A stretch of DNA of 64,000 nucleotides from Podarcis muralis (Eukaryota): the NCBI RefSeq assembly GCF_964188315.1, contig NC_135667.1, positions 22,568,001 to 22,632,000 of the forward strand. The letters run 5' to 3'. Under the pieces are notes generated by a model. The model did not search any database. It was not told the DNA's origin and saw only the letters and a list, made by a program, of their open reading frames with translations. Of this stretch, positions 13,201 to 24,561 are shown in pieces (positions within the stretch are counted from its first letter, which is position 1; every line of letters begins with the position of its first letter). The translations under genes and the position numbers were made by a program.

Positions 13201-16200
13201 ATTTAATTAAGAAAATGAACATGAAATGCCCAGTCAAAATGTACCCCAAAAAGTAGCATAAGGAAGCATTTGTGGAAGGCACTACCTTTTAAGGACAGCT
13301 CGCTCCCCCAGCTACTCCCTCAAATGTTATGTGGTGAAGTCCTTAACTGTATTTGCTTGGTTGTAAGTTGCAAAGGATGTGGGTGGTTCTGTCGGTTAAA
13401 CCACAGAGCCTAGGACTTGCCAATCAGAAGGTTGGTGGTTCGAATCCCCGTGATGGGGTGAGCTCCCATTGCTCAGTCCCTGCTCCTGCCAACCTAGCAG
13501 TTTGAAAGCACGTCATAGTGCAAGTAGATAAATAGGTACCGCTCCAGTGGGAAGGTAAACAGCATTTCTGTGTGCTGCTCTGGTTCGCCAGAAGTGGCTT
13601 AGTCATGCTGGCCACATGACCTGGAAGCTGTATGCCAGTTCCCTCAGCCAATAAAGTGAGATGAGCGCCGCAACCCAGAGTCATCCGCAACTGGACCTAA
13701 TGGTCAGGGGTCCCTTTACCTTTAAGTTGCAAAGAAACCCATCTGGTCCTGTCTATGCTTTTTGGCGCATGGGTGAATTTGAAAATGTTCTATATTCCCT
13801 CTCTGCTTCTCTTAAAGTTTGTTTTTAATTTAATATTTTCCTTAACTTTGGAAAAGGTGATTTACTGCAATGAAAAGGTGTGGATTATTATATACGTGTT
13901 ATTTACTGTTTAAGAGAGAAAGGTTTGGCTTCTTTTTGTACATTAACACCATTTTATTAAATGTCAGTATTTTCCTTTTCAATCTAGGTCCACCACTTTC
14001 TCAAACAAGTCTCATTTAACAACAGTGCTGGGGATGTGGTTTCCTTTGACCAAAATCGGGTATTAGTGGCAGGATTTGATATTGTAAACTGGGTCACATT
14101 CCCAAACAAATCTTTTGTTAGAGTGAAAGTTGGAAAGATTCATTTCAAAGCTCCAAGTGAAGACCAAGCAATCACCATTAAAGAAGATGCCATTGTGTGG
14201 CACAGATGTTTTAATGAGGTAGGATTTAAATACAATAGTTAATGAAGTAACCTCATTTTGAATTTTCACAGGGACACCAAAGAAACTTTTCACATATGAA
14301 ATGCTCTGTTGTGTATAGCCATTTGGTGCACAGAAACGCCATCACCAATCACAAAATTGCCACTGGAACTGTAGATGCCTCTTCTAGCTCTCCCTTCTCT
14401 TTCCAGGAAGCAATTAAATGGCAATATTTTAAGACTTACAATACATGACACACAATGAGAAAGGGTATCATATAACTGCCTAGACAATGAATGGACTGTG
14501 TATCCCCATCACTGTGTACTTCATGAGATGCAAGTCTTGATTACTGCAATACATTCTATGTGGTGGTATCTTGGTGTCTAGCTTGGGTCTGGTTTTGACC
14601 TATAAATGGCTCACCTCAAGACCTTCTTTTCCCATATAAACTGACCAAGACTGTGAACATCATCTGAGGCCCTTCTTCATGTGCCTCAACCACAAGGAGT
14701 CGGAAAGTAGCAACAGGAGAATGAGCACTTTCTGCAGTGGCTCCATGTTTGGCAAATGTTCTCCCAGGGAGGTTTGTCTGGCACTTTCATTATATATCTT
14801 TAGGTGTCAGGCAATAAGGTTTCTCTTCAACAAGGTATTTGGCTGATTAACAGTCAATGTTGTTTTAGATGTTGGGGGGTGGAGGTTATTGATTTATGTT
14901 GTTCTTCTTGTTTTCATTATGTACTTTGTGGTTTTATTCTGTACTTTTATGTTGTGAACTTTCCTCAGATCTTCAGATGAAAGACGGTATCCAAATTTAA
15001 TTAATAAATAAAGTAAATTATATAAATAAATAGATGTATATCAATGGGTAACTTCCACACTATAGGATATAACGAGAGGCAATTGTTGCACTTTACAATG
15101 TTCAATTTTTCTCCATATTCTATTTGAATCATGCTAAGCTTGCTTAACAAACAACTGGCATTAAAGTGACACAAACATTAACACCCTCTTATTTCCTTGA
15201 TGCATTAGACATATCCTATTTCTGTATGCACTGATTCCTGCTTTCCCGGTTATAGCAAGAAAAAGAAGGAAGGGGAGCCATTCTGCTGCTATGATTGCTT
15301 TCCATGTCCAGAAGGGAGGATATCTGATAAGAATGGTAAGAATGATTTTGTAGAGTACTATCAAAAATGTGTACATAATTCAGGGAAATATTATTTCCTC
15401 TTTTCTTCCAGACATGGCTGAATGTTTTCAATGCCAAGAAGATCATTATCCAAGCAAGGATAAAAAGACATGCATTCCTAAGCTTGTAACCTTTTTGTCA
15501 TATGAAGAACCTTTGGGGATCAGTTTAGCTACTGGTGCTCTTTCATGTTCTTTGATCATAGCTCTGGTGCTAGGCATTTTTGCAAAGCACTATGACACTC
15601 CCATTGTCAAAGCCAACAACCGTTCTCTCACCTACATTCTCCTCATCTCTCTTTTGCTCTGTTTCCTGTCTGCATTGCTATTCATTGGACGACCTGAGAA
15701 GGTAATGTGTCTCCTCCGACAAACTGCTTTTGCCATCATCTTCTCAGTGGCTGTATCTTGCATGCTGGCAAAAACCATGACTGTGGTTCTGGCTTTCATG
15801 GCCACCAAGCCAGGATCCAGGATGAGGAAGTGGGTGGGCAGAAAACTGTCCACCTCTGTTGTAATTTCTTGCTCCTTTATCCAAACAATGATTTGTATTA
15901 TATGGTTGGCAATCTCTCCCCCATTCCCAAATGTTGACAAACATTCAACGACTAATGAAATTGTATTGGAATGTAATGAGGGTTCAAGTACCATGTTTTT
16001 CTGTGCTTTGGGCTACCTGGGTTTCCTGGCACTTGCCAGCTTCACTGTGGCTTTCCATGCCAGGAAGCTACCAGATAGTTTCAATGAAGCCAAGTTCATC
16101 ACTTTCAGCATGTTAGGGTTTTGCAGTGTTTGGTTCTCCTTTGTTCCAACTTACCTGAGTTCCAAGGGAAAATATACGGTAGCTGTGCAGATCTTCTCAA

Positions 16201-16316
16201 TCTTAGCCTCCAGTAGCGGGGTAATGGGCTGCATCTTTTTCCCAAAATGTTACATCATTGTAATAAGGCCTCATTTGAACAAAAGGGAACTACTAATCAG
16301 CAAAAATTTCAAATAA
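7465..16316 (+). CDS. V2R gene B, complete six-exon vomeronasal type-2 receptor (876 aa)
   Basis: Exons 7465-7679, 9456-9747, 11771-12631, 13988-14218, 15209-15335, 15412-16316; sum 2631 nt = 877 codons, all GT-AG, no internal stop. Confidence 0.93.
8540..8760 (+). mobile_element. CR1 LINE relic (ORF2 endonuclease start)
   Basis: Translates [38 protein letters not shown], resembling the CR1 ELE..DIVGITETWW..YRKDR motif, with stops. Confidence 0.6.
9456..9747 (+). CDS. V2R gene B exon 2
   Basis: catag|t [17 protein letters not shown]|gtagg; 292 nt. Confidence 0.93.
9903..10243 (+). mobile_element. RTE (BovB-like) 3' fragment with (GAA)n tail
   Basis: [28 protein letters not shown] zinc-knuckle end; GAA/GGA tail; 11-bp TSD atatgcagata at 9892-9902 and 10244-10254. 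Confidence 0.8.
10790..11085 (+). mobile_element. L2/CR1-type LINE 3' fragment
   Basis: RAFxxxxPxLWNALP coding end; same family as 40551-40940. Confidence 0.7.
11771..12631 (+). CDS. V2R gene B exon 3 (VFT)
   Basis: tttag|[16 protein letters not shown]|gtaatg; 861 nt. Confidence 0.92.
13376..13722 (+). mobile_element. Sauria SINE (older subfamily)
   Basis: tRNA-like head with B box ggttcgaatcc, tail ccctttaccttta, 12-bp TSD taagttgcaaag (13364-13375 / 13723-13734). Confidence 0.92.
13988..14218 (+). CDS. V2R gene B exon 4
   Basis: tctag|[22 protein letters not shown]|gtagg; 231 nt. Confidence 0.93.
14590..15030 (+). mobile_element. Old L2-type LINE 3' fragment
   Basis: Degenerate RAFSAVAPxxW-like end followed by 3' UTR and aataaa-rich tail. 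Confidence 0.55.
15209..15335 (+). CDS. V2R gene B exon 5
   Basis: ttag|[25 protein letters not shown]|gtaag; 127 nt. Confidence 0.93.
15412..16316 (+). CDS. V2R gene B exon 6 (7TM)
   Basis: ttccag|AC ATG GCT; open to TAA 16316. Confidence 0.94.
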
Positions 16317-16439
16317 TCATATATTGTAACAAAAGTTTTCATCAATGCCTACATGGGCTGGATTTTCTGTTTGAATTATCCTAGCCTGCAACTGCACCAT
16401 ATTGCTGTTTCCTACACAATACGGTATCAAAAAAGAATT

Positions 16440-16545
16440 TGGGGAACTTCAACAGGAGGAGGAAGAAGAGGAAGAAAAAGAGGAGAAAGAAGAGGAGGAT
16501 GAATGGATGAATGAATGGATGAATGAATGAATGAATGAATGAAAC
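16440..16545. repeat. Microsatellite, (GGA/GAA)n then (GAAT)n; other SSRs at ~21738 (GT), ~24515 (GT), ~28370 (GT), ~38404 (CT/CA), ~46560 (TCTA), ~49264 (CA), ~62303 and ~63513 (AT)
   Basis: Read directly from the sequence. Confidence 0.9.
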
Positions 16546-16904
16546 CTGAAGTGGCCCATGCAGAACTGTATAAACATCTTAATACACTATAATCAATCTT
16601 AAAGTGCTAAATTGGAATATATATGGACTAAATAATAAGACTAAAAGAAATAGAGTAACACACACATATTGGCAAAACAAAAAGCTAGATATGTTCACAC
16701 TGATGAACAGGGTAGAATGAATAGCCTAGGCAGCTTAAAATGGGGTGGATGCCTTCCGACTTGCTTTTATGCGTTCAGAGTGTATAAAAAGCATGACAAT
16801 ATTATAGGGCAGGGGTGGGGAACATGTGACCCTATAGATGTTGTCAAACTATAACTTCTTTAACTTCTGGCCTTTGTCCATGCTGGCTAGGTCTAATGAA
16901 ATAT

Positions 16905-17400
16905 GAGGTCCAACATTTCCAGAAACCACAGAGGGAAGAGTCAGACTCAGAAACTGAACTAAGTGAACGAGGGACTGACTCTGCAGATGAGAGCTGGCTG
17001 ACAGAGTCAAGAAAGGGCAGTTTGACATACACCCCTTCCCAGGGAAGGCTGTTAGCTCTCAAGAAGAGGAAGGGTTAGAATGCAGCCAGAGCACTGCTAG
17101 GCAATCAGCAAATAAGCAGAGGTCTGAGACTGTGTCAAGTGGAAGTGGGGAGGCAAGAGGCCAGCATCTCAGTCCCCATTCTAGGAGTCTGGATAAGATC
17201 AGAGGGCAACAGAAGGGAAAAGGTGGAAAGACAGGAATTTGGCATCCTTCCTGCTGTGGGAGGGGCGAAGATTCAGATTGACCAACTATCATCAATGCGA
17301 GCAGGTAAGAAACCATGCTCTGGATGTTTTTTGGGGTTTTTTTTTTGTAAATAAACATACATAAAACTGCCAGAGTCATTACTTCTTATCGGGGCTTGCT
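16905..17400 (+). mobile_element. Degenerate LTR-like segment
   Basis: Purine-rich ESDSETELSE-type sequence resembling the 22078 LTR, with aaataaa near the 3' end; interrupts a MITE relic; ends not defined. Confidence 0.35.
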
Positions 17401-18093
17401 TGCCAGCCTATTCCCCCCATTTTTCTGTTGCCCTCAATTTTTTTTCAGAAAAAAAATTAAAATGGAAAATTAAAAAGGTCCATTCCTTATCTTCTTCAGT
17501 CCCCCCCCCCAATACCTTCACATCTCTTGCTGTGATACTGTCTCTGAATATGTTCCCAGATATTGATAATTTTTGTTATGTGCATAGTCTAGTTAAGTTT
17601 CTCATGACTCACAAGAGTTAGGTCTTGATTTTTCTGCAATGTTTTCTGGTGGAGTTTTATTTCCTGTTCATGTATTCTTTGTCATTCTACTAAAGATGTG
17701 GCAAACATAATTTCAGCAGCACTGTAATTAAATCTCAATTTTAGTCATTGATTGTCTGCCCTGTAATAAAAAAAAAAAACCTATAATTAATCTTGCCAAA
17801 ACCTCTAGAGAGTTCTAGTGGTTGCTGGCGAAATTAATACCTATGTCTATGAAGGATGTTATATAAAAGTGCCCCAAGGAATTCTGAGTTGGAACTGAAG
17901 ATTAGAGGGAGCTGTGACCCCACCAATCTGTTCTTTTATATAATTAAGCCCTCCTCAATGTCTCTGCAAATATCTAACCTCATTTACTGCTGGCAAAAAG
18001 CTCGGAAACCAATCAAGGGATTCCTCGGGTTCATTTTCAGCAATGTGACTTCTTAAAAGGAAAACCTGAGGCAAAACTGAAGTTTGCAGCAGG

Positions 18094-18281
18094 ATGCTTT
18101 TATTAGTGGCATTGGCACTGTTGCTGCTGCCACACACCATCAGTGATCGTCTTCCAATTCTTCAGAAATATTATCAACCAGGAGACTTCATTGTTGGTGG
18201 AATTGTGTCACATTCACTTATCCTTTCAGAGCTGACTTCCTTCAAACACCATCCCAATGAGGCAGTGATTGAAGAGTCTGT
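18094..18281 (+). CDS. V2R gene C exon 1
   Basis: [36 protein letters not shown]; gt|gtaagt, phase 2. Confidence 0.88.
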
Positions 18282-21200
18282 GTAAGTCCCCCCACAATAT
18301 ACTTCATACAATTGTACAACTGCATGCTCCAAATTTTATTAATATCAGTTCAGTCTGGTGAATTATTTTAATTTATTTTTAAATCCTCAAAATGCTTGTG
18401 AATATTGTCGAATCTTCTCCAAACTGTTTAGTTTTCAGTTGCAATGAAGTATTTTTTTAGATAGTTTACAATATTGTCAGAACACTTTACTCAATATGCA
18501 GAAAGGCAGGAGCAAACGTTTACTGCACAGAGATAAACAACAACTACCTTCTCTGAATTTTCAGCCTCTGGTTGTTTGGGCATGTCCTACACAGTACATG
18601 TGACACCACAGACACACATATGATCTAGAGTCTATATTCTACCACACTATACATTGGAAATTTCTTTGGGGCAAAATGTATCCTTTTAAAAAAATAAAAT
18701 ATGATTTTGTTTTGACATTGAATTAAGGTTAAATGATAGGACACCCTTCCTCTTTTATATTTATTATAATCCAGGGGACCTAAAACACCCCCAAGTCCTT
18801 CAGAAGACGTTCTTCGGATTAATGATGGACTAGTATGTCATGCATAAGGTTTTAAATCTAAAATTGTTACTTACTTGAAGAAGTACAATACTCACATATA
18901 TACAAGGCATTTTTCAATAACTGCTGTATATCAGATATGTCGGAATGGATAAATTTGTTAATATTCTCTCTCTCTATTCCTCATTTTTCCCCATCTTAAG
19001 TTTAGTTCTCCACATTTCCACTCATTTGTGTGTATTTTTTAAAAAAGAAAAGGGCCCTCATGAAAACTCATCAGTGCAAATTTTTCTTAACATACAGATT
19101 TGTATGCAATTTCACTAAGAAACTCATTTTTGCAGACCAATTTACCTTAATAAAATGCCTGTGTGTCCATTATTTTCACCAATAAATGAATTTATGCACA
19201 CTTTACCCCTGTAGATTCATTTTTGAACACATTACTTGACTGCAGAAATGCATTGCAAAATTCTGAAAACTGCAGATCTTGGAGAATGATTTTGCTTTAG
19301 TTCACAAAGCATGAATTTGGTACATTCAATTTTAAACGTGGATGAAATTTCTTTTCACCGCTAGTAATATGAGCTCAGAAACACTTGTTCATGTATCTCT
19401 ATTTATTGATGTAGTTGTTACCATTTTAAAAATATATTTAAAAGCAATATACATTTCACACTATAAAGGCTAATTCAGAATTCTTAATTCTTGGGCAGAC
19501 TAAAAATAAAAAGTTTTTGTGAATTTTGAATACTTTTAAATATTAACTTCAGCTCTGTGGTGGTAAATGAACTTTATTGGTAGAACTCATGTTAGAAATA
19601 TGCTTCTCTGTAGACAGATAGAATAGTGGTCATTCACAGTGGCGTAGCGTGGGTTGTCAGCACCCGGGGCAAGGCAAGTGATTTGCGTCCCCTAACCCGT
19701 GGATTTGCGCCCCCTAACCTGTGGATTTGCCCTAACCCCAGATGTTGCGCCCGGTGCAGCCAGCCCCCCCTGCACCCCCCATGCTACGCCACTGGTCATT
19801 CATCATGGAAAACTTGGGAATGTAGCTGAAAGGATGTACAACTCATTCTGAAACTTTCTGCAGACTTCTAGGGATTATTATTAATTATAATATTTATTAA
19901 ATTTTTATAACACCCTTCATCTACATAATACAACCAAAACACAAACAAATCTATAGCATTCGTTTTTATCGCATGTAATAATAATAACAATCTGTTTGAT
20001 ATTGTATGGTGAAATGAGCATTGCATTTTGAATCAGGACCTCCTGATCAAGAATAGCATGAATAGCATTTGGCATAGTGACACCACATGCAACTCTCATT
20101 GCAGTGTACTGACTAAGAACTACCAACATGTCCTGGCCTTGGCATTTGCCGTAAAGCAAATCAACGAAAACAGCCACCTCCTACCTAATGTCACGTTGGG
20201 CTTCCATATCTACGACACCACTTTCAATACAAAGCAGACCTATCATGCCACCTTAAAACTTCTGAGCACAAGCAGAAGGCTTATCCCCAACTACAAATGT
20301 GACACCTGGAACAATCTGGTTGCAGTCGTTGGGGGACTTGAATCTGAAACGTCTCTTCATATTGCTACCATCATACAGATCTATAATATTCCACAGGTAG
20401 GCAGTGCACATATACAATTGAATTTAAGAAGTGTCTTGTTGTTGATCTATCGACAAGTGAGTAATCAGGGAGATCTTGATATCTTTTTGCAATCCATCGG
20501 GGACCTGAGTCTGAAACTTCTCTCCAAATCACCACCACTATAATAGTTCATATGAAGGCAATATACACGTACACTTGCTGGTTTGAGACATCTCGGGTGT
20601 ATATGTAATAATCAGGCAGATCTTGATATGGATTGAATTAAGGGCTACAACTTTACCTTAAACAATTTGCGAAATATTATACAAAGTGCTTTTGTTGCTG
20701 TGCTCCTAATGTAAATTGCCTGGTTTTTCTATGTTAAGGGATAAGGGCTCCTCCCCATGATCTGTTTATTCGGCATTCATCCTTTGGTTGCACAAGGCTT
20801 ACTTGGTTGCTAGATTATATCCAGGCTTTATTGACCATTTGATCTTATTTATTTTTGAGGTTGTTATGTTTTTGTTCTTGGCACCCTGGTAACTCTCATT
20901 GTGGTATAAAAATATGTGGAGTTTAGCACTAGCTGAAAAAATGGAAAATCATAAATTATGTGTTGCCAAAGGCTTGGAGCATCCTGAAAAATGTTAGGAG
21001 GGATTTTATTATATATAAAACAGATACAGAAACACAGGGCTCCCTCTCCATGGTACAATGCGAAATTTGACTTTCTTAATGGTATAAATTACTTTACTTA
21101 CCTGTTTTAAGTCTTCCCATATATATTTTTTGCTTCTTTGTGAGGGTGTTTGTACTTCTGTAATTTTTCTTGTAATGCTTTGTTTGACTTACTTAGAAAA

Positions 21201-21733
21201 GGCTAGTTAGATTGGACTCAATCTTACAGAAGACATGTTGTTTTTCTTCAGCATGATTTCTTCTATATGTTTGGTGATTTGGGGTAATTCTGCTTTTCAT
21301 ACTCCTTTCCACCATTTCCCCCAAAACAGACATTAAGTTAAGCAGCCTATAATTTCTTTGATCTGTAGCTACAGATCACTTTTTAAAGAACTGATGTTAC
21401 ACTGTCTACTTTACGACCACAGGTACAGAATGGAGGCTGATTTTAGGGACAAAATACATGTGTTGCTATATCTTGTTTTCACATGAATATATGATTCCTG
21501 CCTCCTAATATAAGCTGCATTTTTTTTTAATACTGCACAGCCTGACTGTGACTTTTTCAACCTATGATGAATTTGAAGAGATGGGGATATCAAAAATGAT
21601 TAGGATGGTTCTAACAATATTTAGTTTGCACATAATTTATGCAAAGGGAACATGAATTTGGAGGTTGCTTCTGAATAGAAATGTCTGAGAAATTTGGGGG
21701 AAATTTCAATGAATCAAATCAGCAAAATGTATT

Positions 21734-21773
<40 letters not shown>

Positions 21774-24512
21774 ACATTTCTAAAAAATAAATAAAGGTAG
21801 ATTGTAAATCTTTCATAAACAAAAAGATTGACAATTGCAATACAGTTGATAAAATGGCATAAGAAGATATATGTACTAAGTATCCTCTCATTCAAAATAA
21901 ATACCATGTACTAATCAACACCTTCATGTCCCCCAAAGGATAAATTGTTAATTATTTATTGTTCTTTAGTGTTTATTGATGAACTTATTTATTTATATCA
22001 TGAAATTTATGGGGTACTTGATTGATTTTCGAAAGTAGTTTTCATCCAATCTAATGCCTCCCTCACTTAATCATTATTGTCAGGGGTTCAGGAGCAGAGG
22101 GACAGGAAAGGGAGGAATTAGAGACCGAGGGAGAGGGTTCGGAGGGAGAAGTCAGCGATGATAGCCATCCGAGGTCTCTAAGTCTCTCCAGTGAATCAGA
22201 GGATTCACAGAAAGGGGCTCCAGTGGTCAGAGCCGGGGGGTTGCCAGAGGGAACACCCCAGGAAGGAGGGGCCAGAGGGGACTCAGAGAGCAGCAGCTGG
22301 AGATCGGGACCAGCTTCTCCACCGGAGAGCAGTAAGGGGGAGGAGTCCCAAACATCGGCAGCAGGCAGCATTCCGTCAGCGGAAGGACAGGAGTCAGGGT
22401 TAGCCACGCCTGCATCAGAGAGCGAGGTAACGGTCAAAAGGAAGGTCAGGGGCAGCGCGCGCGCGCCAAGTTCAAATGTACAAGAGGGGGGCGCAAGGGG
22501 CAGTCCGGAGAGAGAGCCGGGTCCCAAAGCCCGCCGGAGAGAAGGGGAGGAGTCCGAAGGGTCCGCTTCCGAGGCATCCAGGAAGGAAGGCACCCAGGGG
22601 GGTAGTAGGACCCAGAGGAGGAAGGAGAAACGTAGAAGGTGGAGTAAGGCTAGAGTCTTAAGCTGGTGTACAGGGGGCGGAGACTCAGACGAGGCTTCGC
22701 TGGTCTAGGGTCTAGACGTAGAGACGCACGCTAGTGCTTGAAAATGGAAACTAAATGTCAATAAAGACTTCTGTACAGTTCTACTGGCTAGCGTTGGTCT
22801 TCTGTGAGCTGAGACCTGGAGGCGGTCTCTGACAATTATCTTTATAAACTATGAAGATTGTCAGCTATTTCAGTGATTATGCAGGTGCTCTATCAAGATA
22901 TAGGTGTTACCTCCACAACTACAAACCCCTGTGGCAACAAATTAGCAATGACCTGAGGAGATGGAACAATAGTAACTTCACTGTCTTAGATAAGCTAGCC
23001 ATGATCAAAATGATCCCCCTTTCCCAAATGAACCTACCTCCCCCCTCTTTTCTTCTTCCCCAACCTTATTCTGTATACATCACCAATGTCTCACATCATA
23101 TGTATCTGATATATAGAAAAGACTTTACAACCCGAGAAAAGAGACAATGCACATACTTTTGTAAACTAATAAAATCTTTAATAATTTTTTTAAAGAAAAG
23201 ATACAGGTGTTCTAAGCAGTCACTATTATTACAAGGTTATTATTATTGTTGTACTTGCATTTTGCCTAACAAGTCACCAGTCCTGGGTGGGAAGCATTAG
23301 CGTTACTTTAATTTGGCTTCAAACCACTTCCAACATTCACTCTGGGGACTTCTGGGCAAGAAAAAAAAAATAATTTTTCAAAATATCACCCAGCAGCATT
23401 TCATAGCATTCAGTATAGGTTTAATCAATTTTAGTTAATATTAACTTTAAGACATTTAGAAGTCTACTCCTATCTTGCTTTAATAAACTTTGACAATTTT
23501 ATTTCATTCTAAAAATCCATGTCTCTTTCTTTGCCTCTCCTCTGCCCTGATTTGAAATGTAGGTGACCTACGGCTCTGCTCCAGATATGAGTGATGAATT
23601 CAAGGGGCTTTCCTTCTACCAGATGGTCCCAAATGAAAACTTTCAGTACACAGGAATTCTGAAGTTACTTTTGCATTTCAGGTGGACATGGGTAGGAATC
23701 ATTACTGTGGAAGATGACAATGGAGAAAGATTTGAGCAGACAATGCTTCCCATGCTTTGGAAGAATGGCATCTGTTTCGACTTTATTAAAAAAATTCCCA
23801 AAATGACTTATTTCAATGATTATTTTAACTTGATACAGCTGATGTGGAAAACATTTGACATTGTAATGGAGAGTAAAGCCAACACGTTGGTCTTTCATGG
23901 AGAAATTGAGTCTCTTATATATATGAGATGGATGGGAAAATTTTCAGAGATGGGATACATGACAGTGAGGCCAAAGGGAAAAGTGTGGGTTATGACAGCA
24001 CAGATGGATTTCATCTCATTTTATTTCCAAAGGAGTTGGGATATCCATATCATCCATGGTGCCTTATCTTTCACAGTGCACACAAATGAACCCCAAGGCT
24101 TCCAGCAATTTCTTCTGAGTAGAAGTCCTCTCTTGACAAAAGAAGATGGTTTCATCATGGACTTCTGGGAACAGGCATTCCTCTGTCATTTCTCAGTGTT
24201 GAAGAAGATGTTTGATGAAACATGCACTGGGGAGGAGAGGCTGGAGAGCCTCCCTGATCCTGTTTTTGAAATGAGCATAACTGGCCACAGCTACAGTATC
24301 TACAATGCTGTCTATGCTGTGACCCATGCGCTGCATGCCATGCTTTCATTCAAGTCAAAACATAGAGTTATCGTGGACAGAGACAGAGAGAAGTTTCTGA
24401 ATCAACAGCCTTGGCAGGTAATGTTTTGAGTTAATTCTTGCAGGATATTTTCATATTTCACTGCTTTGTGAAAATATTCATAGCCACAAATTTTAGGACA
24501 TGTGTTTCAAAC

Positions 24513-24561
<49 letters not shown>

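Noticed and set aside
15632-15994. Antisense ORFs recurring opposite each V2R exon 6 (also 2907-3152, 39038-39382, 43314-43622, 52956-53264)
   Set aside because: Shadow frames of the conserved TM coding sequence; their recurrence is explained by the sense-strand constraint.
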